Source: an uncultured Desulfatiglans sp. (GTDB taxonomy: Bacteria > Desulfobacterota > DSM-4660 > Desulfatiglandales > HGW-15). Taken from it: a DNA stretch of 64,000 nt. The notes beneath the pieces were generated by a model. It was not told the origin of the DNA. It did not search any database and saw only the letters and a list, made by a program, of their open reading frames with translations. This document shows positions 1 to 7,429 of the stretch, piece after piece. A program made the position numbers and the translations under genes. The stretch covers positions 1,791-65,790 of the forward strand of contig CAYWRH010000005.1 of the NCBI GenBank assembly GCA_964460435.1. Direction: 5' to 3'. Numbering within the stretch: the first letter of the stretch is position 1; each line of letters begins with the position of its first letter.

Positions 1-1
1 C

Positions 2-340
2 TTTATTCTGATTTCGTTAAGTGCCCTTATAATCCTTTCAGCCTTTTTTTCACCTGAATTGGGGCCTTCACATAATAATGATTCTGTAACATACAATATA
101 AACGCACCGTGGATATTTCTATCTGTTCAGTTCCTGTTAAGGTATATAGAACCGTTTACTGGCGGAATAATAATACCTTTTACAGTTGTTTTGTACTGGG
201 CCACATTGCCCTGTTTTGATAAAAGTCAACAGGCGCAGGGGATCTGGTTTGCAAGAGAGAGGTTTAAAATCTGGTTATCTTTTCTTTTATCCATGCTGAT
301 TATAGGCCTGTTTTCCATAGCCGAAATATTAATTGAATGA
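2..340 (+). CDS. cytochrome b C-terminal / subunit-IV-like membrane protein (5' end outside window)
   Basis: Frame 2 is open from the window edge, so the listed TTG at 59 is internal. The protein has hydrophobic helices and a motif NAPWIFLSVQFLLRY that resembles the PEWYFL quinol-site motif of cytochrome b/PetD. It is followed by multihaem cytochrome and Rieske genes. Confidence 0.5.
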   Translation, partial: FILISLSALIILSAFFSPELGPSHNNDSVTYNINAPWIFLSVQFLLRYIEPFTGGIIIPFTVVLYWATLPCFDKSQQAQGIWFARERFKIWLSFLLSMLIIGLFSIAEILIE

Positions 341-459
341 ATAAAACAGTCACATCAGAAAAACAAACAAGAAAATTATCATGGGGTATTTCAAATGCCG
401 CAATTCTGTAAATTATTTCCACTATTACAGTATTTATCACCGGGCAACAGAAAGAATGG

Positions 460-1815
460 ATGATATACCAGAAGCGATATTACAGCGAGAACAGCATTCA
501 TGATTCCGGATTGAATATAATAACTGTTACCCCTGCATTGACAGGAAAGCCTGAGATGTGTCTGACCTGCCACCAGGGCATAGAAGAGATCAGCTCTTCT
601 CACCCTGTGGAGTCTTTCGGGTGCATTGTGTGCCATGGCGGAAATGGAGAGACACTGGATAAAGAGTTGTCCCATAAATTTATGAGAGGAGTTGGAAACC
701 CTTCAGATTTAGGCGTGGCAGGTAAAAGCTGTGGAACAGGGCCAGAGGGTATTCAGTGCCATAATGGAAATAAAGAAGAGTGGAGAAACATGGTCGACAG
801 GGTTGAGCGGAGCCTGCAGGCAACATATGCGGGCGCCATCGAAGCTGTGCAGTTTACATTTAATGTCCCAAGACCCCCTGAAACAAGGTATGGTGTAACT
901 CAAGTTATTGATAGTAATGTAGCCACTTTTGGTTTTCCTGGCGAGTTAACCGGTATTTACGAAAAAATAAAAAATGATAAATTGTCAGGCCTCCTTCATC
1001 CAATCGAGCAAAAGTTTTTGACAAACTGCATCAGCAACGGATGCCATCTTTATTCTGAGGCCCCTGCTGATAAATATTATCACCGATCACAGGGGTGCGC
1101 AGCGTGTCACATACCCAGATCAAAGAGAGGATTGTATATGGGAAATGATGTGACAATCTCTAAAAGTGAATCCGGACATATGGAATTTCATAAGATTACC
1201 ACGGCAATACCCTATTCAGTATGCAACTCATGCCATAACAGAGGTGTTTATTCCCTCAGACAGATGCAATTTCTCAAGAGGACTGATCTTGCGGCTGATG
1301 ATATTGAATCAATTCCTTCAGAAAGTATGCGCAGAAAAGAGTATTATCATCCGATGACTCTTTATGCAAAATGTGAACTGACACTTGATTGTGTGGACTG
1401 TCATACTCATAATGAAATAATGGGGAACGGGGATATCTTTCCCAACAAAAAGGCTGCCGTAGAAACCCGGTGCCTTGACTGCCACGGTACAATCGAGGCT
1501 GAACCTGACTTTGAGATTATTAAGACTATAGATCATCGCGATGCCTTTATTGCCGGTAAAAATCCATATATCAGGCCTGAAGCCGGTGATGTTGTCGCAG
1601 TAACAAAAAAGGGGACGCTTCGACCGTCAGTAAAAAAAGTAAACGGCATATGGCAGATGGTTTCAAAGGTTGACGGGAAGATTTACCTGATTCCGATAGT
1701 AAAAGGCTCATCATGCAAACAGGATGTTAAGGAACAGGAGGCCCTTTATTGTCAGAGATGTCATGATATTGGCGAAAATTCTAAAACCGGAATGAAAAAT
1801 AGATGGAAATACTAA
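460..1815 (+). CDS. multihaem c-type cytochrome (7 haem motifs)
   Basis: Seven CxxCH motifs are present (CLTCH, CIVCH, CAACH, CNSCH, CVDCH, CLDCH, CQRCH). The gene lies between the cytochrome b-like and Rieske genes. There is no obvious signal peptide after ATG 460, so the start is uncertain. Confidence 0.8.
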   Translation: MIYQKRYYSENSIHDSGLNIITVTPALTGKPEMCLTCHQGIEEISSSHPVESFGCIVCHGGNGETLDKELSHKFMRGVGNPSDLGVAGKSCGTGPEGIQCHNGNKEEWRNMVDRVERSLQATYAGAIEAVQFTFNVPRPPETRYGVTQVIDSNVATFGFPGELTGIYEKIKNDKLSGLLHPIEQKFLTNCISNGCHLYSEAPADKYYHRSQGCAACHIPRSKRGLYMGNDVTISKSESGHMEFHKITTAIPYSVCNSCHNRGVYSLRQMQFLKRTDLAADDIESIPSESMRRKEYYHPMTLYAKCELTLDCVDCHTHNEIMGNGDIFPNKKAAVETRCLDCHGTIEAEPDFEIIKTIDHRDAFIAGKNPYIRPEAGDVVAVTKKGTLRPSVKKVNGIWQMVSKVDGKIYLIPIVKGSSCKQDVKEQEALYCQRCHDIGENSKTGMKNRWKY

Positions 1816-2312
1816 AAAAAATATTTCAGCCCTATAAAACCAGACGGGATTTTTTGAAAATAACCTCAGCAGTTGCTGTTTCAGGGGCAATAGCAGCACA
1901 TCTATGGATTGCTGTGCGGTATCTGACCGGCCCATCTCCCATAGAAAACAACAGGGAACAGAAGGTTGGAAATCCTGACAAATTTAAGGAGCGCATCACA
2001 TTTGCTGCTGAACCAAATGTCTTTATCCTGCGGGATGGAAAGAGGTTCAAGGCGATTTCTGCAAAATGCACCCATCTTGGGTGTACATTGAAAGTGGTTC
2101 AGAATGATTTAAAAGCAGTATCAGGAAAAGGATCAGGTTTTGAGTTCCATTGCCCATGTCATGGCTCGAAATTTGACTCCTCAGGTGAAAGAATTGCAGG
2201 CCCGGCCCGGAAGCCGATGCAGTTTGTTCAGATAACGCTAAGCCGTGACGGAGAAGAGTTGCTGATCAATAACCACATGCCTGTTGATTCAGGTTATTTT
2301 CTGGAGTTATGA
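1803..2312 (+). CDS. Rieske [2Fe-2S] protein with twin-arginine/anchor N-terminus
   Basis: Rieske boxes CTHLGC and CPCHGS are present. The N-terminus has a TRRDFLK motif followed by a hydrophobic helix. The gene overlaps the upstream gene by 13 nt. Confidence 0.85.
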   Translation: MEILKKIFQPYKTRRDFLKITSAVAVSGAIAAHLWIAVRYLTGPSPIENNREQKVGNPDKFKERITFAAEPNVFILRDGKRFKAISAKCTHLGCTLKVVQNDLKAVSGKGSGFEFHCPCHGSKFDSSGERIAGPARKPMQFVQITLSRDGEELLINNHMPVDSGYFLEL

Positions 2313-2351
2313 GTATGCAGTCCAGCTTGCTAAAATAAGGGTTTTTTATTG

Positions 2352-2379
2352 TTGACAAAGAAATGCTGAAATGTAAGAT
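2352..2379 (+). promoter_or_regulatory. sigma70-like promoter (TTGACA-16 nt-TAAGAT)
   Basis: A perfect -35 hexamer lies at 2352-2357, followed by a 16-nt spacer and a -10 TAAGAT at 2374-2379. It sits in the intergenic region after the Rieske gene. Confidence 0.4.
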
Positions 2380-2494
2380 TCGGCATTATGATAAAAATGA
2401 TGGAAAATCAGAGTATTAAAATATTTTTTCAGGTTTTCTTTTTTAAAAGAAAGGCCTGTCAGGAATAGCGTGTGTGAAAAAACAGGTCAAAAAA

Positions 2495-2521
2495 CGCCGG
2501 GCACACACCCTGGCGTTTTTT
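2495..2521 (+). terminator. intrinsic terminator hairpin plus T6
   Basis: A GC-rich stem pairs CGCCGGG (2495-2501) with CCC-t-GGCG (2508-2515), with a 6-nt loop. It is followed by TTTTTT at 2516-2521. Confidence 0.6.
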
Positions 2522-2584
2522 GTTATATAACAATTTCACAAATATTCTTTGTATCATATAAATAATAAGGAGGATTTAGATTAG

Positions 2585-3508
2585 ATGAATATAAAGCAAC
2601 ATCCCCCAATAGAGGTGACTAAAAATTTTTATAAACTTGGCACGCCTGCATTCCCGTCCTTCCTCTCAATGGGCGATTACGGTATGCTTATTGAGGGAGG
2701 AACCGGGCCGACATTTCAGATTATTGTAGATCAGATCAATTTTTTAGGAATTGACCCTGAGACCATTAAATACATTGTATTGACCCATACCCATGCAGAC
2801 CATATCGGCGGTATCCCTCACTTTAAAACACTTTGGCCACACATAAAGCTGATAGCAAGTCCGAATGCTGAAAAGGTGTTCAGCAAGACAGAGCTGTTCC
2901 ATGAGTTCCTGGTTGTTGATACTGGCATTGCACAGCTTATGAAGGCAAAGAATGAGATAGAGGAGCTTCCCCCTGTGCCTGAAGATTACACCTTCCAGGT
3001 GGATCAGACAGTAAAGGAGGGCGACAGACTGGATTTAGGTAAGGGTATTGTATGGGATGTCTATGAAACCACAGGCCATTCACATTGCCATCTCTCCTTT
3101 TTTGACAAAAAAGAGGGCACCCTGATTGTCGGGGATTCAACAGGTTTTTATGTGCCTGAAAAAGATGCCTTCTGGCCGAACTATTTTGTGTCACTGCCGG
3201 ATTACTGCAACAGCATAAGAAAGCTGGCAACACTGCCAGCAAAGAGGGCAGTGCTCAGCCATAACCACATAATAGAGGGTGATGTAAAAGGTCATTTAAA
3301 GAGTGCAATGGATGCAACAAGGATGTACCATAATGAACTCCTTGACCGTCTTGAAAGGGGCGATGATCCTGAGTCAATAGCTATAGACAAGGGACGTTTT
3401 GTTTACAGTATTACGGATATTCAGCCCTTCAAGGTCATGTATGATCTTTGCAAGGTTATGGTAATGAGATCACAGAAGAATGGAAGGGAAAGTGATTTCA
3501 GTTTATAG
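2585..3508 (+). CDS. MBL-fold metallo-hydrolase
   Basis: HTHADH (HxHxDH) motif. An AAGGAGG RBS lies at 2567-2573. Confidence 0.8.
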   Translation: MNIKQHPPIEVTKNFYKLGTPAFPSFLSMGDYGMLIEGGTGPTFQIIVDQINFLGIDPETIKYIVLTHTHADHIGGIPHFKTLWPHIKLIASPNAEKVFSKTELFHEFLVVDTGIAQLMKAKNEIEELPPVPEDYTFQVDQTVKEGDRLDLGKGIVWDVYETTGHSHCHLSFFDKKEGTLIVGDSTGFYVPEKDAFWPNYFVSLPDYCNSIRKLATLPAKRAVLSHNHIIEGDVKGHLKSAMDATRMYHNELLDRLERGDDPESIAIDKGRFVYSITDIQPFKVMYDLCKVMVMRSQKNGRESDFSL

Positions 3509-3510
3509 TT

Positions 3511-3552
3511 TGAAAGCAGTCAGCTGTCAGCGCTCAGCTTTCAGCTAAAAGC
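3511..3552. repeat. degenerate 7-bp tandem repeat (NNNNAGC x6) directly after the TAG stop
   Basis: Units read directly: tgaaagc agtcagc tgtcagc gctcagc tttcagc taaaagc. Confidence 0.6.
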
Positions 3553-3563
3553 TTATAAAAAGG

Positions 3564-3590
3564 TACCCGGATGATTATTTGATCCGGGTA
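3564..3590 (+). terminator. hairpin, possible terminator
   Basis: TACCCGGA (3564-3571) pairs with TCCGGGTA (3583-3590). Only a weak T-rich tail follows. Confidence 0.35.
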
Positions 3591-3622
3591 TGTCTTAATT
3601 AAATAACCTTACAGACCTGATA

Positions 3623-4162
3623 ATGCATACAGAAAACAGAGTAACAAAGGCGAATAAACTAAAGATCAAAAAACCTGAAGGTTATCTATGCTTTGCATGC
3701 GGGACAGCAAACCCCATAGGCCTGAACCTGGAGTTTTATGTCTCCCACGATAAGATTAATACAGAGATAACATTAAGCCGGTATCATGCGGGCTGGTCTG
3801 ATATTGCCCATGGGGGCATCATCTCAACAATCCTTGATGAGGTGATGTCATGGGCCATCCTCTATTTTAAGAGGTCTTTTTTTGTTACCAGAAAGCTTGA
3901 GATAAAGTATATAAAACCGGTCAAGACCGGTGAGCCCCTTGTAGCCAGCGGAAGCATGTTAACCTGCTGCGGGGATGATAAAATAGTCAATGTTGCAGGG
4001 GAGCTTAGGGATAATCGTAATTCCCTGCTTGCAAAGGCAAAAGGGGAATTTATTATTATCAGGCGGGAGGATATCAAGCCCGGGTTTAAAGAGTCTGAAA
4101 AGGAGATTTTCACCCTTATAGATGAGTTGGAAAAAACAGAGAAAACAGAAATTGGAGAGTAG
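3623..4162 (+). CDS. PaaI/hot-dog-fold acyl-CoA thioesterase family protein
   Basis: The HGGIISTILDEVM motif is typical of PaaI-type hot-dog thioesterases. The N-terminus has a CFACG element followed by NPIGLNLEF. Confidence 0.7.
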   Translation: MHTENRVTKANKLKIKKPEGYLCFACGTANPIGLNLEFYVSHDKINTEITLSRYHAGWSDIAHGGIISTILDEVMSWAILYFKRSFFVTRKLEIKYIKPVKTGEPLVASGSMLTCCGDDKIVNVAGELRDNRNSLLAKAKGEFIIIRREDIKPGFKESEKEIFTLIDELEKTEKTEIGE

Positions 4163-4244
4163 AAAAGAGTAAAGAGCCTTTCCTCTATGCTGTTTTTACT
4201 TTTTTGTTTTAGTTAAATTATTTGCTCAGCAATTGGAGAACAGA

Positions 4245-4874
4245 ATGGATATAGAACAGATAAAAGTAGGTTTTATGGATGTATTCTGCTACCTCGTATC
4301 ATGCTCGAGGACAAACGAGGCCCTTGCAATAGACCCTGCAGGTGATGAGGATTTTATATTCCAGCGGATAACAGAAAAGGGGTTAAACCTTAAATACATA
4401 GTAAACACCCACGGCCATGCTGATCATACAGGCGGGAACGGAAGGATCAGGGAGCTTACAGGGGCGAAGATAATAATGCATGAGGTGGATAATGAATTTT
4501 TCAGGCTGCCAGAGTGGACTAATCATGCAATCCAGATGGGTTTTGCCCCATCGCCTCCTGCTGATATATGCGTGAAGGATAATGATTTAATAGAGGTAGG
4601 TGATGTGAAGCTCAAGGTCATCCATACCCCCGGCCACACACCGGGAGGCATCTGCCTATACGGGGAGGGGAATCTCTTTACAGGCGATACGCTCTTTGTG
4701 GGCGCTATCGGCAGAACAGACTTTCCGGGGGGTGATTATAATACCTTCATGAACTCAATAAAAAAGAGGCTGTTGACGCTTCCGGACGATACAGTCGTAT
4801 GGCCCGGCCATGATTACGGGGTCACCCCTTCATCTACAATCGGGCGCGAAAAGATGACCAATCCGTTCCTTTAG
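4245..4874 (+). CDS. MBL-fold hydrolase, glyoxalase II (GloB)-like
   Basis: Motifs THGHADH, HTPGHTPG and GDTLF..GRTDFPGG are present. ATG 4245 (GGAGA 7 nt upstream) is preferred over the listed TTG 4233. Confidence 0.8.
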   Translation: MDIEQIKVGFMDVFCYLVSCSRTNEALAIDPAGDEDFIFQRITEKGLNLKYIVNTHGHADHTGGNGRIRELTGAKIIMHEVDNEFFRLPEWTNHAIQMGFAPSPPADICVKDNDLIEVGDVKLKVIHTPGHTPGGICLYGEGNLFTGDTLFVGAIGRTDFPGGDYNTFMNSIKKRLLTLPDDTVVWPGHDYGVTPSSTIGREKMTNPFL

Positions 4875-4888
4875 ATTTTTTCAGGTGT

Positions 4889-6121
4889 ATGATGATATTC
4901 TGTATTGCCCGGTTACCCATTTTTAAGCTTTATGGCCTGATATTTGCTGTCCTGATTTCCCCGGGGTTTATGCTCCATGCCTCCTCTGGCCAGTCCTACA
5001 TGGAGATGATTAACAGGCTTGTAGATAATGGCAGTTATGCGGCCACAAAAAACGGGCAGGATATCTTTTCCCACAAAACTGATGAAGAGTACATACCGGC
5101 AAGCATATGGAAGCTTGCCACGACACTTGCAGCACTGGAAACCCTTGGCAAGGATTATCATTTTAAAACCGAATTTTATCAGGATAAAGGCCATAACCTC
5201 TACATAAGGGGGTATGGAGACCCGTCACTTATCTCTGAGGAGATCGATATCATATTCAAGGCGCTTAAAAAAAAGGGGGTATCCGAGATAAACAATATCT
5301 ATCTTGATAACAGCCGGTTTAAAATGTCACAGATAGCGCCAGGGACAAGTAAAAGCCTTAATCCATATGATGTGGCAAACGGCGCCCTTGCTGTAAATTT
5401 TAATACGGTCTATTTTAAGGTTGATAAAAACGGGTCAATAAGTTCCGCAGAGGTGCAGACCCCGACACTTGCTATCATGAAAGAGATGGGCAGGGGGTTT
5501 AAGGCCGGCAAGCACCGGATCAATATATCAAACTCCCGTAAAAACATATCAAGGTATACGGGTGAGCTGTTCAGGGCCATTCAGGAAAGAAACGGGATTA
5601 AAGGCAGGGGAACCGCCTCGGAAAAGGAGGCGCCGGCAGGCCTTAATCCCATATATGTGCACTATTCATCAAAGATACTGTATGAGGTTATCCGGGAAAT
5701 GCTTTTTTACTCCAGTAATTATACTGCGAACCAGATATACCTTACGCTTGGAGCCATGGCATACGGTTACCCTGCTGATTGGGAAAAATCACAAAAATTC
5801 ATGCGGGAATATCTTGATATGAATTTCCCTGATTCATCAAAAGAGATTATCTTTGATGAGGGGTCGGGCATCTCAAGAAACAACCTCATAACCGCACGGG
5901 CCATGCTGGACATACTGGAAAAGATAAGACCTTATGCTGAACTCCTGCCACTTGAAAAAGGCAGGTATATAAAATCAGGGACCATGAATGGCGTTTACTC
6001 ATATGCAGGGTATTTTCAAAACAACGGGAAACTTGACAGCTTTGTGATCATACTTAATCAGAAAAAGAATAACCGTGACAGGATACTTGATCTGATGGAA
6101 AAATGGTACAGACTATTTTAA
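4889..6121 (+). CDS. D-alanyl-D-alanine carboxypeptidase/endopeptidase, PBP4 (peptidase S13) family
   Basis: The SxxK (SIWK), SxN (SSN) and K-S/T-G (KSGT) motifs occur in the right order. The N-terminal leader is hydrophobic. Confidence 0.7.
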   Translation: MMIFCIARLPIFKLYGLIFAVLISPGFMLHASSGQSYMEMINRLVDNGSYAATKNGQDIFSHKTDEEYIPASIWKLATTLAALETLGKDYHFKTEFYQDKGHNLYIRGYGDPSLISEEIDIIFKALKKKGVSEINNIYLDNSRFKMSQIAPGTSKSLNPYDVANGALAVNFNTVYFKVDKNGSISSAEVQTPTLAIMKEMGRGFKAGKHRINISNSRKNISRYTGELFRAIQERNGIKGRGTASEKEAPAGLNPIYVHYSSKILYEVIREMLFYSSNYTANQIYLTLGAMAYGYPADWEKSQKFMREYLDMNFPDSSKEIIFDEGSGISRNNLITARAMLDILEKIRPYAELLPLEKGRYIKSGTMNGVYSYAGYFQNNGKLDSFVIILNQKKNNRDRILDLMEKWYRLF

Positions 6122-6184
6122 GATAGAAACCATCTCTAGAGAGTGGCCCGGAATTTTTCGATATGCCGTTTAAACCGAAGAGTC

Positions 6185-6264
6185 TTCACCGCGCAGTATG
6201 ATGGGTTTTATGAGATTAATGCTATAAATTGGTTTCTCATCTCCTTTGTGCTCTTTGCGGTGAA
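6185..6264. repeat. imperfect inverted repeat with TTCACCGC...GCGGTGAA termini
   Basis: TTCACCGCGCAG (6185-6196) pairs with CTTTGCGGTGAA (6253-6264). The right arm (reverse complement TTCACCGCAAAGAGCACAAAGGAG) resembles the arm of the 7103-7183 element. It lies between convergent genes. Confidence 0.4.
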
Positions 6265-6297
6265 TGGAATTTTGGAATTTCCCTATTTTTAAGCCAT

Positions 6298-7047
6298 TCA
6301 ATCTGCCTTTAATATCATGTCGCCAAAACCAGTGGTGATCCTCTGCCCAGGTTTTAGATACAGATAATCCGCATCAGGCCACTTTCCATCCATAAGCCCT
6401 TTAATCAGCCGGATATCCCCTTTTATCTTTTCAAAGCTCCATCCCTTTTTTAATGCCTCGTTACGGGCAAACTCTTCTGCCTTTTTATCCTTAACTATAC
6501 CATGCTCAATAAATACAATCCGTTCATAATGTTTTGTCATGTCACTCATGGAGGCGATTATCCTGTCTGCCCTCTCCTTGCCCATGCGCTTAACCATCGC
6601 CTCATATTCCTTTTCATCATAGAGTGTTGCGGTATCTGCCCCCATTCCAGGGGATTCTGTAGCATTTTGAAGCCTCTCCATATAATCCTTTGTATACCAT
6701 ATGGTCCCAGGACAGCTTCTCTGCTGCTCTCTGTATTTCTCCTTTGAGCCTAAGCAGAGGGTTATACAGTCATGGGCACGGGGTATAATGATCGGGATGT
6801 CACGGGCTAAAAGCCCTGCTGTTGACTTCCCGCAAAGCCCGTAGCACATGAGGATTGCATCATATTTACCAACGCCTGCACTGTCTATCCTTGCCTGAAG
6901 GGTTTTGTTCAATTCCCCTGGTTTTATGTGCTGGCCCATTGATACAAGATCAATATCAATCAAATGCGGGGATCTGGCCGCACAATAATAGGCATATCGT
7001 GCAAGGGCATCACAGCAAATACATTTCAGTTTCATTTCAACTCCCAA
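6298..7047 (-). CDS. DUF1638-like protein
   Basis: About 250 aa with a Cys-rich N-terminus (KCICCDALARY) and a YGLCG motif, resembling DUF1638 from memory. I could not verify a catalytic motif. Confidence 0.5.
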   Translation of the reverse strand: MGVEMKLKCICCDALARYAYYCAARSPHLIDIDLVSMGQHIKPGELNKTLQARIDSAGVGKYDAILMCYGLCGKSTAGLLARDIPIIIPRAHDCITLCLGSKEKYREQQRSCPGTIWYTKDYMERLQNATESPGMGADTATLYDEKEYEAMVKRMGKERADRIIASMSDMTKHYERIVFIEHGIVKDKKAEEFARNEALKKGWSFEKIKGDIRLIKGLMDGKWPDADYLYLKPGQRITTGFGDMILKAD

Positions 7048-7102
7048 GAGCTATAAAGTAATTCATTTCATTAATTCAGTTTAATATGAAAAATCGTAAT
7101 AG

Positions 7103-7183
7103 TTCACCACGGAGAGCACGGAGAACACGGGGCAAAAGCTTAAAAGAAAAAATCTCCGTGACCTCCGTGTCCTCCGTGGTGAA
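7103..7183. repeat. long hairpin-forming inverted repeat built from 9-bp CACGGAGNN units
   Basis: The left arm is TTCACCACGGAGAGCACGGAGAACACGG and the right arm is CTCCGTGACCTCCGTGTCCTCCGTGGTGAA. The 28-nt arms pair at 25 positions (one a G-U) with 3 mismatches, and the loop is 23 nt. It lies in a divergent intergenic region. Confidence 0.8.
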
Positions 7184-7429
7184 AATAATCGTTGTTGTAT
7201 ATACTCCAGAGTATATTACGGTCTGAAAAGAGAGTATCATGGAGACTTACCTGAGTCAATTCAGGGTATATGATTGAGCTAATAGAAAGGGTCTGGCAGA
7301 TCAAGGCATGGGATATTTAACTTTATTTTTAGCCCTTCAGGTGTTATAGACATAGGTAATGTCCATTCATGTGAAATAACAAGAGGTTATAGTTTGTCGG
7401 ATAACTCATTAGCGAGGAGATATGGCCAG

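Noticed and set aside
2388-2468. 26-codon ORF MIKMMENQSIKIFFQVFFFKRKACQE as a real micro-protein
   Set aside because: I cannot recognise a convincing RBS or check conservation. It is kept only as one option within the promoter-terminator unit finding.
2634-2650. Sigma-54 promoter-like TGGCAC at 2635 and TGGCAT near 17268 and 23100
   Set aside because: None has a TTGC element at the required spacing (GG and GC 10 nt apart). The first lies inside a coding region.
7394-7429. Upstream TTG starts listed for the GH3 gene (7394), the DUF169-like gene (9744), the GloB-like gene (4233), the GltD-like gene (50745) and the prenyl synthase (31509)
   Set aside because: In each case an internal ATG has a better-placed RBS, a signal peptide or an ATGA stop/start overlap (7430, 9768, 4245, 50772, 31482). 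The choice remains unverified without homologue alignment.
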